A DNA stretch of 64,000 nucleotides from a virus. Positions within the stretch are counted from its first letter, which is position 1; each line of letters begins with the position of its first letter. Location: the IMG/VR virus record IMGVR_UViG_3300036861_000477. One strand, 5' to 3'. Shown here piece by piece: positions 19,453 to 28,626 of the stretch. The notes below the pieces were generated by a model. It searched no databases. It was not told the origin of the DNA and saw nothing but the letters and a program-made list of their open reading frames with translations. Both the position numbers and the translations under genes were made by a program.

Positions 19453-20996
19453 AACGGACGGCTCCCGAGCGCGTCCTCACGGTGGTTGCGCTCCCAGATG
19501 TCCTGTGGTCCCGACTGCGCGAGCAGATCACGGCGCATGTCCGTCGTGTCAGAAATGATCGCTTCGAAGGTCGTGGGAATGTATGCGTAGATGACCGCGT
19601 CCGCGAGGTCGGGTGAGAATCCCAGCCGCTTGATAATCTCGTCCTTCTTCTCGATCTTCACCATGCCGTTCGAGTCGATGATCTCGTACTTGGATGCGGT
19701 GAGCTCGTGAATGAGATCATCATCCGCTCGTGTGAGGTCCCACGTCTTAAGCCGACTGTGCTCACGCGCGATCCAGTGGCCCCACGCTCGTTTGTTGAGG
19801 AACTGACGCTCGTACTGCAGTGGTGGTTTCTCAGCGAAGTTGATTGGTACAACCTCGGCCCCGTGAGTCTGGTCTCGGCCGTACGGGTTAGAGACCGAAC
19901 TAAGCTCCCTGAGACGCCCGTAGAACGCCCAGCCGATGCCGATCGAGTCGACCTTAGCGCGCTTAACGTTTCGCTCTCTGAGCACCTCCGCGACCTGCGC
20001 GACGGTCTGCATCGGGTCCGGGTTGACGAACACGTGGCGCTCCAGCAGGACGGGTCCCTGCCGCAGCTGGACGACCGTCCGGTCGTTGCCCCCACCGATG
20101 TCGATGCCCGCCTCGATGTCACCCTGCGGAACGAGCTCAATGTAGCGACACTGCGACGCCCAGCCGAACGGAATCGTCGTGAACGGATCACCAACGGTCG
20201 GGAACTGGCCCAAGCACTTGGACTGGAAGAGCGCGGACTCCTCGCCCCACTTTCGTCGGCGCGTCTCCACCCAGTCAACGTGGATGAGTGAGTCGTGCAC
20301 GAGCTCCGAGACGGGTTCACCCGTGTGATTGGGTGTATCTTGGTAGCCGATGCCAATGACATTCCAATCGGATGAGCGCAGGCAGTTGTCGGCAAACTCA
20401 CCGTGTGGATCGTCCGGGTTGCCGATCGCCAGGACCCGTGATGTTTCCATGTTCGCGGCAAGTGTCGACGCTGAGTCCCACAACTGCTTTGGGATGCCGC
20501 ATGCCTCGTCCATGATGACGAGGAAGTACTGCGCGTGAAGACCCTGAAACGCCGACTCGTTGTGATCGGCGGGCTTGCGTCCCATTGCTACGAGCTGCTT
20601 ACCCATATACCACTCGGTGAGGTTCGTTCGCCCGTTTAACCCAGCGGTACTGTGGAACTTGTTGATCTCTCGCCAGAGGATCGCCTCGACCTGCGGTTGA
20701 GTCGGAGCCGTCGTGACAACGAATGCCGTTCCCGCCTCGTGCACGTCCAGCCACCAGCACGCGGTGAGCGCTGCGGTGAACGACTTCCCGATCTGGTGGC
20801 ACGAGTGGACGGCGGTCTGATAGTGATCGCGGACCGATACCACGATGTCACGCTGCTTGGACCACAGCTCGACGCCCGCGCGCTCTCGCGCCCACGCGAC
20901 CGGGTCCTGCTTATAGCGACGCCCAGGCGGGTCAGCAAAACGCAGCATGACCTCGCCTGGGCTGGAGAACTTCACGGGGATCGGCATGCGGGGCAT
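19449..20996 (-). CDS. terL: Terminase large subunit
   Basis: N-terminal ATPase (SCHQIGKS, VIMDEACG, LAIGNP); RNase H-like nuclease (GIDIGG, KVDSIGIG, SPDLADA). Confidence 0.92.
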   Translation of the reverse strand: MPRMPIPVKFSSPGEVMLRFADPPGRRYKQDPVAWARERAGVELWSKQRDIVVSVRDHYQTAVHSCHQIGKSFTAALTACWWLDVHEAGTAFVVTTAPTQPQVEAILWREINKFHSTAGLNGRTNLTEWYMGKQLVAMGRKPADHNESAFQGLHAQYFLVIMDEACGIPKQLWDSASTLAANMETSRVLAIGNPDDPHGEFADNCLRSSDWNVIGIGYQDTPNHTGEPVSELVHDSLIHVDWVETRRRKWGEESALFQSKCLGQFPTVGDPFTTIPFGWASQCRYIELVPQGDIEAGIDIGGGNDRTVVQLRQGPVLLERHVFVNPDPMQTVAQVAEVLRERNVKRAKVDSIGIGWAFYGRLRELSSVSNPYGRDQTHGAEVVPINFAEKPPLQYERQFLNKRAWGHWIAREHSRLKTWDLTRADDDLIHELTASKYEIIDSNGMVKIEKKDEIIKRLGFSPDLADAVIYAYIPTTFEAIISDTTDMRRDLLAQSGPQDIWERNHREDALGSRPF

Positions 20997-21359
20997 GTAA
21001 CGATCCTACCACCTACTAAAGACTATCGAAGTTTATGATGTGGTAGTTCATCGCTCTGAAACTTGCGCACGTCCAAGATGGGTAGTTCACTGTACGGCAC
21101 CCAGCGATCGAGCACCGGATCATAGATCGACTCGATGTCGAGCTGTACGTCTTGAAACGGCGGACACGGGACTCGTCCCGCATTACACGGCTTACGGAGT
21201 GGGCGAGGCGTAAGCTTGCGGCGCGCTCGCTTGCGCCGGCAGTCAGTGGCGTACACGTTCATTCGCATAACGACGCCAAAGTACGAGCGTAGCCGGCTAC
21301 TCGAGTGCGTGCCGTAGTAGAAGCCGCTGTGCGCTCGTCGACGCTGAAGAGGCCCCATC

Positions 21360-21671
21360 TTAGACATTGTTCGCGAACCCTCCTTCCTCCGGAATGCGAG
21401 CGAGATCGCCCTCCGGCTCGTTGAACGATCCACCGTTCGGAGGCTTCTTGCCGACGGCCGGAATCCGGATCCCACCACCGAAGTACTTCCAGCGGTAGCG
21501 CTGGGACGTCGACGCTCGATCACACTGGTCGTCGTGTGCGCGAAGTCCTGTGTCGGTGTCCACGCAGACCTTTGCGTGAACCTGCCGGTCATTGCACGCA
21601 CTGAACGTGAGTAAGCTCGCTACGAGTAACGGGCCCATCACGAGTGCGTAAAGCACTCGATGCGTCTTCAT
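21360..21671 (-). CDS. Putative lipoprotein/secreted protein
   Basis: Signal-like N-terminus ending LTFSAC; CVD...C and Gly-rich C-terminus. Confidence 0.5.
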   Translation of the reverse strand: MKTHRVLYALVMGPLLVASLLTFSACNDRQVHAKVCVDTDTGLRAHDDQCDRASTSQRYRWKYFGGGIRIPAVGKKPPNGGSFNEPEGDLARIPEEGGFANNV

Positions 21672-21991
21672 GATAGAAGAGTCCAACTCTCGTAGTTGAT
21701 CTCAAACCGTTCGAAGCCGCCGCGCTCCGCGAGAAACTCCTCGAACTCGTCATCCGAACGACGCTTTGCCGATCCGGTGACATACCACTTGTCGTTCACC
21801 TTGTAGGCGAGGTAGGTGTACGTCGTGGCACTATCATACGTCTTAGTGACGCGTATCACGGTGCCATCATTGAAGTTCTTCACGCCTAACGAATGAACCC
21901 GCTTAACGATGAGTGCCGCACGTGTCTCCGTCGCCGCAGCTCGCTCATCGCGAAGCAATCGCACGGCTGCGTCCGTCTTACCGTTCTCCAT
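21668..21991 (-). CDS. Hypothetical protein
   Basis: GGAG RBS; coupled to neighbouring genes. Confidence 0.55.
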   Translation of the reverse strand: MENGKTDAAVRLLRDERAAATETRAALIVKRVHSLGVKNFNDGTVIRVTKTYDSATTYTYLAYKVNDKWYVTGSAKRRSDDEFEEFLAERGGFERFEINYESWTLLS

Positions 21992-21995
21992 GATC

Positions 21996-22199
21996 TTACT
22001 CCTTGTCTCCACTCTCATCGATGAACGTGAACGACGGCTGGTCAAAGTGGAACTCACCGTCCTTGATGCCGGCGATGAACGTCTCCCACTCGTCACGGGT
22101 GAATCGTAGGATCGTGCCATCGCCACCGTTCTTTGCGACGAACACCGTGTCACCGTCGATCTTAGCGACGATGTCACCGTACTGTACGATCTTGCTCAT
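21996..22199 (-). CDS. DUF397-like small protein
   Basis: ILRFTRDEWETFIAGIKDGEF matches the C-terminal DUF397 pattern. Confidence 0.6.
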   Translation of the reverse strand: MSKIVQYGDIVAKIDGDTVFVAKNGGDGTILRFTRDEWETFIAGIKDGEFHFDQPSFTFIDESGDKE

Positions 22200-22419
22200 T
22201 GTGTCCTCCTTGATTAGCGTACCTCCGTGGTGACGGTGGTGCGAGGTGTAGGTGTGGGGTTTGGGTTGTTCTTCCAGCCCTGGCGGAATCCCTTGCCACA
22301 GAAGAGCCCGATGAGTAGAACTCCCACGATCGCCAGGATAAGTGCCTTAGTGCTCTCTTTCACGTGTCCTCCTCGTGTCCTAAGTCAATTATATCACACA
22401 CGTGTTACGTGCTACTGCC

Positions 22420-22764
22420 TTACGATGAACTGTCTTTCGTGAATCCTCGTCGCTGACAGACGTCACGAATGAACGACGCGCTGTGATTCACCTCACACGC
22501 GATGTTCAGGTATGACATGCCACCCGCTCGCAGCTCACCGATGCGCGCCTCGAGCTCCTCGCGCTTTGAACCTCCGGACGGTGGACGCGGGTTCGCCCTG
22601 AACGCGGCGTACCGCATGTCCGGTGAGTCGTACATGTTGCGTCGGGTGAGTGAGAGTTCCTCACGGTTCGCGGCGATCGCGTCGGCCGCCCGCTGCTGTC
22701 TCGTTCGCCGCTTCGTGCCGGCCGCACCCTGATCACGTCGGTGCTGGTGAGGTATCGCCATCAC
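22420..22764 (-). CDS. HTH-containing protein
   Basis: IGELRAGGMSYLNIACEVNHSASFIR helix-turn-helix pattern. Confidence 0.5.
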   Translation of the reverse strand: MMAIPHQHRRDQGAAGTKRRTRQQRAADAIAANREELSLTRRNMYDSPDMRYAAFRANPRPPSGGSKREELEARIGELRAGGMSYLNIACEVNHSASFIRDVCQRRGFTKDSSS

Positions 22765-23096
22765 GAGTACTCCACATCATGCTTTGCCTTGAACTCGAGG
22801 TGCGCACCACAGCCACGCCAGTCGCGCCGTGGCTTGTCGTATTCCTCGAACGCCTTGGTGCAGCTGCCTCGGTACACGATCGTGACCGTGCCGTCCTCCG
22901 CACCGGTGATCTCATAGTCCTCGCGAAACGTGTCCTCGAGGTCGGGCCAGTTAGCTAGCTTCTCACGAAGTGCGTCGTGCTCCTCGATCGACACCTTCCC
23001 ATAGGACTCGGCGATTAGCGTGGCAAGTTTGGCCTTGCCCGTCTCACTTCGAAGTATGCACCCGGGACAGGTGGTCCAGTTGTCTGCACTCATCAT
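22761..23096 (-). CDS. Hypothetical protein (Cys motifs)
   Basis: Own promoter TTGCAC-N17-TAGAAT and AAGGAG RBS. Confidence 0.6.
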   Translation of the reverse strand: MMSADNWTTCPGCILRSETGKAKLATLIAESYGKVSIEEHDALREKLANWPDLEDTFREDYEITGAEDGTVTIVYRGSCTKAFEEYDKPRRDWRGCGAHLEFKAKHDVEYS

Positions 23097-23183
23097 CTTC
23101 TCCTTGTCGTTGTCCTTAACTACATTCTATCACATTAGTGGGCCACGTGCAATACACGCGGCCCACAAGTTAAAAGAGCCAAA

Positions 23184-23384
23184 TCACTTGATGAGTCTTC
23201 CCTCGCGATCGACGCACACCCAGCCGTCGCCGTGCTGCGCGTTGGCGACGATACCACCGTTGTCCCAGCAGGACCGCTTCTGATCACTCGCGTGGTTCAC
23301 GGTGATTACGATGAAGGCCACGAGTCCCACGAACGCGAGCGCACAAGCGAGTGCGAACAAGCGCTCACCTCTGGTCATTCCCAT
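23184..23384 (-). CDS. Small membrane protein
   Basis: One TM segment and a C...GG...C periplasmic-type tail. Confidence 0.5.
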   Translation of the reverse strand: MGMTRGERLFALACALAFVGLVAFIVITVNHASDQKRSCWDNGGIVANAQHGDGWVCVDREGRLIK

Positions 23385-23385
23385 C

Positions 23386-23616
23386 TTAGTCCCCTCCCCA
23401 TGGTTCGCTGTCTCGTCGCTCGATCACCGCGATGATCGCTTTTGCGACACACTTACGAGTGCACGCGAACCACTCGCCGCCGACTAAGCCGGCAAGCGTC
23501 GTTGTCTCGTATGCGGTGCCCTGGAGACCCATGATCTCCATGTCGTCGGTGACAAGCTGGATCTTTCCACAGCCGTCACACTCGTACTCGGTCGCCCGCA
23601 CCTCGGTCTTCACCAC
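23386..23616 (-). CDS. Hypothetical Zn-binding protein
   Basis: CDGC and C.RKC motifs. Confidence 0.5.
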   Translation of the reverse strand: MVKTEVRATEYECDGCGKIQLVTDDMEIMGLQGTAYETTTLAGLVGGEWFACTRKCVAKAIIAVIERRDSEPWGGD

Positions 23617-23960
23617 GCCACCCCCATCGCGAACCCATGCGACTGGTACTCTAGCTCGCCATACGTACGACCGACGACGAACGGAGCTGGCCCATACATG
23701 TCGCTGGCGTTCGAACGCTCGACCATCGCATCATCGCACGTCTCGCATGGGTACTTCTGCTCCACGTCGCCGGCGACTACCGGGCAGTCGGAGCCGTAGG
23801 CGTACTTGCAGCCGTGCTTCACGCAGCAATGCGATGCGTGCACACCATGCTTGGCAACCTCGCGCTGGATGTCGTCGTTGATCGTCTCGACCTCGGCACG
23901 GTCAACCCACTCTTCGGTGTTGGCCTGCTCGAAGATCTCGTCTCCAATGTCCTCTGTCAT
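23610..23960 (-). CDS. Hypothetical protein (HCC..HGCKY motif)
   Basis: ACGACAAGGAG leader; Cys/His-rich. Confidence 0.5.
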   Translation of the reverse strand: MTEDIGDEIFEQANTEEWVDRAEVETINDDIQREVAKHGVHASHCCVKHGCKYAYGSDCPVVAGDVEQKYPCETCDDAMVERSNASDMYGPAPFVVGRTYGELEYQSHGFAMGVAW

Positions 23961-24059
23961 TGTCCCTCTCCTTGTCGTAGTGTCGCCCCGAGACACTTGG
24001 GTTGTCCCTACGCACCTGCGGGGTGACAAGTCTATCGTATCACATACATGGGCCTATGT

Positions 24060-24311
24060 CTAGGACCTGTACTTACCCATGTCGATGTTGTGAAACGAGT
24101 CGACGACGCGCAGGCGCTTCACGGTGATCGGAACGTACACCGAGCGAATGATCTCACGTCGCGCCGCACCACCCAGGTTGATGATCGTCCGATTCACGTG
24201 TCTCGCGGCCCGAGACGCCCCTCGACGGGTCCAATATCGTTCGGTGAGTACCTGCCAGTGGCCGTCACTGATGGCCGCTCTGGCCACCCGCCAGCGCCGA
24301 AGAGTTATCAT
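24060..24311 (-). CDS. Hypothetical basic protein
   Basis: GGAGG RBS in an operon-like run. Confidence 0.45.
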   Translation of the reverse strand: MITLRRWRVARAAISDGHWQVLTERYWTRRGASRAARHVNRTIINLGGAARREIIRSVYVPITVKRLRVVDSFHNIDMGKYRS

Positions 24312-24688
24312 CGCTTCCTCCGGCTACCCGCCCAAAGGGCGATCAGAGCGAAGAACGCAAGGGCAAGTAGCGGACCCGCCCAGCCACTGTCGTGATGTCC
24401 GAGTCGCGGGCCGTCATCACTCGGCGTCGGGCTGGGCGTGCTCGTCGTGCTGCTGGATCGGTACACCGTCGATCATCCCCTCGTTGTCTTTGTGGATGGC
24501 ATCGTGCACGTGCTGGAGGAACCCGGCGGGCGGACCACCCGAGTCACCCGGAGGGGCCGTCGTCTCCCAGTGGCCACAGATGCAACTGTACGTGGCTTCC
24601 GGGATCGGCACTCCGTCGATCGTCGGCGTGATCGTCTCGTCCTTACGCCACACGTGCGCGGCGGGATTCGCCACCACTATCGGTTCGA

Positions 24689-24952
24689 TCACTTCGTCTC
24701 CTCCCACCACTTCCGCGCGGCGAAGGCCACGAGGCAGATCGTTCCCACGACGACCGACGTGTGCGCGAGCCCAAGTGCCGGTAGCCACGTCCAGCCGGCT
24801 CGATGCAAGATGCCGAGCGTCCACATCACGGCTACGACGTACAGTGCGTACGTGGCCACGTCGACGAGAAAGCCAATGCATCCCGTCGCAATGTCCTCGA
24901 TCTGATCCTTACGAATCTTCACGTCGTTCCCTTCTCGTGTCTTACCTGTCAT
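24689..24952 (-). CDS. Small membrane protein
   Basis: Two hydrophobic segments; promoter-like TGG-TATATT upstream. Confidence 0.45.
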   Translation of the reverse strand: MTGKTREGNDVKIRKDQIEDIATGCIGFLVDVATYALYVVAVMWTLGILHRAGWTWLPALGLAHTSVVVGTICLVAFAARKWWEETK

Positions 24953-25207
24953 CTTGAATATACCACAGGACCACGTGATTAGCGTGGCCCTGCGATATTC
25001 CCCTCCGTGAACCCACCCCTGACCTCACGGAAGTTGAGACCCGCTCACCACAGCGGATGATTGCACCCGTGCCCGTACGAAATGCGATCAGAGGTGAGCG
25101 GGCGTAAGCGAGGAGCAGGCACGCGCGGTGTCGACGTAACCTTGGCCTCTTTCCACGGCGCCTTGTGTCGATCCGTCAAACCGTGGCGACTGCTTTAACT
25201 CCTCTAG

Positions 25208-25280
25208 AGGGACAGGATGGATTCGAACCATCTTGTAGTGCCTATGCAGTGATAAAAATCTCCGCACACTCACCCGCCCC
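25208..25280 (-). ncRNA. tRNA-like RNA lacking a D-arm
   Basis: Acceptor GGGGCGG/CTGTCCC and T-arm GATGG-TTCGAAT-CCATC; the middle is one long hairpin; 73 nt. Confidence 0.55.
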
Positions 25281-25502
25281 AGGCCCGGAAGGTCCTCCGC
25301 CACCAATCCCCCACGTCAACAGCCGCACCAGGATTGCCTGGACATCTACGACAAGACGCGTTATGTCACCGAGAGCTACTCGGCACACCGGTTCCAACGA
25401 TGACGGACCACATGCATATGGTCCCTCCCTAACAAAGACGGCCGATCTCTCTAAACCATCGGTCTGTTGCGCGGAATGTTAGCCGCTCTTCATCTTCGTT
25501 TG

Positions 25503-25590
25503 TGCAGCTGGGTGGAATCGAACCACCGACACACGTACGACAGGGAGGCCTATTCCCGTACGCTGCTCTGCCTTGCTGAGCTACAGCCAC
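25503..25590 (-). ncRNA. tRNA-like RNA with extended anticodon arm and G3-U70/A73
   Basis: Acceptor GTGGCTG/CAGCTGC; D-arm GCTC..GAGC; T-arm GGTGG-TTCGATT-CCACC; the anticodon arm encloses 21 nt instead of 7. Confidence 0.7.
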
Positions 25591-25891
25591 TAGCCTGGAG
25601 CTGGACGCCTGATGGAGTCAGGTCGTTAACCCAGGAATTATCCTACGGCACTCCACAGCCGTAGGTCCAGCGATCACGTTTGGTGGAGCGAAGTCACGTT
25701 TATTCTTCACCCCTAGTGTGGCATTGCGACTTACAGTAGTAGCCACCTCTAACCCGTCTCTCCGGGCCGTCACGGCCTATGCCTTCCGTCCTCGGCGACC
25801 TATGTTTCCGACACCTAGTCGTTGCCTCAGCGAACAGTGCTCGGTGCAACACTGGCGGCTTCGCGCGCCCTCGGTGCTCTGTTTCCGGTCG

Positions 25892-25966
25892 TCGCCGATC
25901 GTGGACTCGAACCACGCTCCCTCTAGGCCCAATGCCTAGCGCTCAATCCCTTGAGCCATCTCAGCG
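25892..25966 (-). tRNA. Degenerate tRNA, nominal anticodon TTG (Gln)
   Basis: D-arm and T-arm (CGTGG-TTCGAGT-CCACG) are present; loop CATTGGG lacks U33; the acceptor stem is imperfect. Confidence 0.5.
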
Positions 25967-26056
25967 GCCCGGTCACCAGGGTTGCTTGGGTAAGTGGTTT
26001 GTCCCACCCGAGACGCTCCTGGCGACCTGCTAGTGACTACTCTACCAGGACTGGGC

Positions 26057-26668
26057 TCACCGTTGTTCATCCAGTGTTGCCGAATCCACCACGCGTGATT
26101 GCGGACCGCGCTGTCGTACCCAGTTGACGCAGTCCGGCCGCTTAACGTGAAGCGTTATGCCCTTGCTACCTGGCTCATCGCAGTAGCCAAGATCGTCCTG
26201 TGGTACCGACTCCGTCGGTATCACCGGTAGTGGCATCTGGTGAAGAGTGTTCACAGCATCGGCACACTTCGCACAGAGATTTGGTCCGCCGCAGCGTGCC
26301 TTCGCCGGTTGAGGTTCCGCGTATTGCGCGTGGCTACAGCATCTATACCCGTGCGGGGTGTAGCCGTGATAGACGTTTGCGGAGGTGAGCGAGGGACTTG
26401 TCCCGAAGGTGCTAGTAGGCTTAGCCCAACCCTCCGCAGCGACCATCGCCGCTTGGTCCTCTCGCCATAGTACCTCGCAACGAACTGCGGCATCCTTCGC
26501 GAGGACGAGCTGTCGCAAGCAGAACGAGAGCTCCGGCGAGTCGGGCAGCTGGTTGACGAGTTCCTGTGCAAGGTCGGCGAACTGCCGGCTGATCACCTGC
26601 AGGTGTGGCGGCAGGTGCTGCCAGACGAACAGCCGCATGAGGTGCTCGGTGTTAGAATGTCGTGTCAC
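26057..26668 (-). CDS. Hypothetical protein (HLPPHLQ...AKDAAVR phage family plus Cys-rich extension)
   Basis: Recognisable common phage motif; ARCGGPNLCAKC extension. Confidence 0.6.
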   Translation of the reverse strand: MTRHSNTEHLMRLFVWQHLPPHLQVISRQFADLAQELVNQLPDSPELSFCLRQLVLAKDAAVRCEVLWREDQAAMVAAEGWAKPTSTFGTSPSLTSANVYHGYTPHGYRCCSHAQYAEPQPAKARCGGPNLCAKCADAVNTLHQMPLPVIPTESVPQDDLGYCDEPGSKGITLHVKRPDCVNWVRQRGPQSRVVDSATLDEQR

Positions 26669-26847
26669 GTGGTGCCTACACCTTCATCCAGCGCGTGCCG
26701 GTGATCCCGGCCGCGAGGTACTGCTGTAGCGGTGCGCCGATGTACCACCTCTGACCACACGAGCACGTCGCCCGTGAACCGGCACCCAGGCCGGGATTCC
26801 GCACCTCGAGGTCACGCAGCTCCCGCCGGCAGTCGTGGTGCTTGACG

Positions 26848-27192
26848 TTACGATCCAGCGTTGCCGTCGAGTCGTTCTCCCATCACGAAGACACCGTGCT
26901 CATCGTCAAGTGAGCAGACGTACCGGCCGATCTCGTAGCTGTGTCCGTCGGGGTGATGAAGCGATGCTTCCTTCGCGACGAGGCAGTCCAGCAGGTTCGG
27001 CCGACACGACAGTGGATGCTGGATCGTCCAGCCGTCGGCCTGCACGTCGATGATGTGGCGAGGGTCGCCAATGAGTAACTGATCGAGACTTTTGATGATA
27101 TCGGCCCGAGACTCAGCGTCCAGGTCATCCCACCACCAGTCGAAACCCTTCCGGTCCGCGAGCAACCGAATCACATCACGTCCTATAACCAT
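26848..27192 (-). CDS. Hypothetical protein
   Basis: RKGFDWWWDD and GWTIQHP motifs; GAG-rich RBS. Confidence 0.55.
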   Translation of the reverse strand: MVIGRDVIRLLADRKGFDWWWDDLDAESRADIIKSLDQLLIGDPRHIIDVQADGWTIQHPLSCRPNLLDCLVAKEASLHHPDGHSYEIGRYVCSLDDEHGVFVMGERLDGNAGS

Positions 27193-27259
27193 CTCTTGTT
27201 TTTCCCTCTCATCTCGGTGCCCGGACCTGCAGGTTTTCTCCTGTATATAACTGTCGGAC

Positions 27260-27952
27260 TCAGGCCAGTTCGCCGTCGATGTTCGAACCTGGTTCCAGCT
27301 GCCCCTGAGCTCTTTCCAGGGAGACTACCTGCCGCGCGATGCTAGAAACCAAGGCTAGCTGCTGATCCGCCGTCAGGGAGAGACTCAGCTCGTCCACCGT
27401 ACTCGCGATACCCGCTGTGGCCGCCTCGAACATCAGCCGTCCCTGCAGTTCCACGCGCTGAAGTAGCCGCTCGGCCACACCCGCGTCGATCGCCATCTTA
27501 CTGACCTTGGCCAGTCTATCACCACGAGCGTCCCGCATCTCGACCCAGCAGTGCAGGTCACCCCCGGGCGCGATGTCCTCGTCCGTTTGCGCACTCGCGA
27601 GCTTAGCGTTCAACCAGCGCACCTGACCCGCGAGGTCCTGCACTTCCTCAAGTAGCGCGTCCCACGGCGAGACCTGCCTCGCCTGCGCGTATGCGTGAGC
27701 CATGAGCCACGCCCCCTTCGCTCGTCCGTGTCTTTTCGCTCCGCCGTGCCCCACGCACTCGCCGGCACCCTCGTGTGATGTACCCTGTCCAGCGGGCTGG
27801 AAGCACGCTGTTCCGGCGAGCACACCCACCTTAATTGGGACACCACACGTCTCTCGAAGACGCTCACCGTCGCGTTCCCACTCGTCCATGGCCGCATCAA
27901 GTGCACGCACTTGCCAGTCAGCCATCGCATCAATGATCTCTCGAATGTCCAC
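27260..27952 (-). CDS. Putative terminase small subunit
   Basis: N-terminal C...C...C..HGG motif followed by helical P.DALLEEV...AG.V.WL, typical of actinophage terS-like proteins. Confidence 0.55.
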   Translation of the reverse strand: MDIREIIDAMADWQVRALDAAMDEWERDGERLRETCGVPIKVGVLAGTACFQPAGQGTSHEGAGECVGHGGAKRHGRAKGAWLMAHAYAQARQVSPWDALLEEVQDLAGQVRWLNAKLASAQTDEDIAPGGDLHCWVEMRDARGDRLAKVSKMAIDAGVAERLLQRVELQGRLMFEAATAGIASTVDELSLSLTADQQLALVSSIARQVVSLERAQGQLEPGSNIDGELA

Positions 27953-28030
27953 TTAGGCCCACTTGTTGAGTGAGTTTCTACTAGAAACTTATACGCGCGA
28001 GTATAGAGAACACAGTATCACACCATCCTC

Positions 28031-28306
28031 TCAAGCCCTTCCATCACGCCCACGAATCGCTTCCGCGATCTCTGTAAGTCCACTTGAAATCGCCTCAGCG
28101 ATGTACGTACATCCCTCCTTGATCGCCTCTTCTTGGGCCTTACCGTTTGCTTCAAGAACACCCATGTTTTTCATGCCGCCGACACCACCAACCCATTCAA
28201 GAAAGCCGGTCAAGGTTTCCATCGTCACTGTAGCCGCGAGAAGTAAGTCCTCACGCATCTCAGTCTCGGACGGTTTTTCACCAAGCCACACCTTACCGTT
28301 TGCCAT
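28031..28306 (-). CDS. Hypothetical protein
   Basis: GGGAG RBS before ATG 28306. Confidence 0.45.
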   Translation of the reverse strand: MANGKVWLGEKPSETEMREDLLLAATVTMETLTGFLEWVGGVGGMKNMGVLEANGKAQEEAIKEGCTYIAEAISSGLTEIAEAIRGRDGRA

Positions 28307-28329
28307 CACAGTTCTCCCATTTCGCTTCA

Positions 28330-28626
28330 AAGTAGTGCTCTGGACACTTGGACGGTTTAAAGACAATTCTCATTTTTCTAGCTCGCGCGCGACATGCGCG
28401 CGCGCGTAGCGCGCGTATAAACATAGAATACACTTTGAAGTGTCCAAGTGTCCAAAGTTAGACTCTATAACTCTCTGACCTCGATAAACACAAGATCAAT
28501 AAGTGTACACATTGTGCTCAGCACCGTCCAACAACCGTCCAGCGATGTGTACAAGATCCAAAATTGGCCCACATATAGTCTCCATGTTGGATCTTGTACA
28601 CATCGAATGGATGGTTTCTGGACGGT
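28330..28626. other. Putative replication origin
   Basis: AT-richer non-coding stretch after the helicase stop, with two inverted-repeat pairs and a (CG)n run. Confidence 0.5.
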
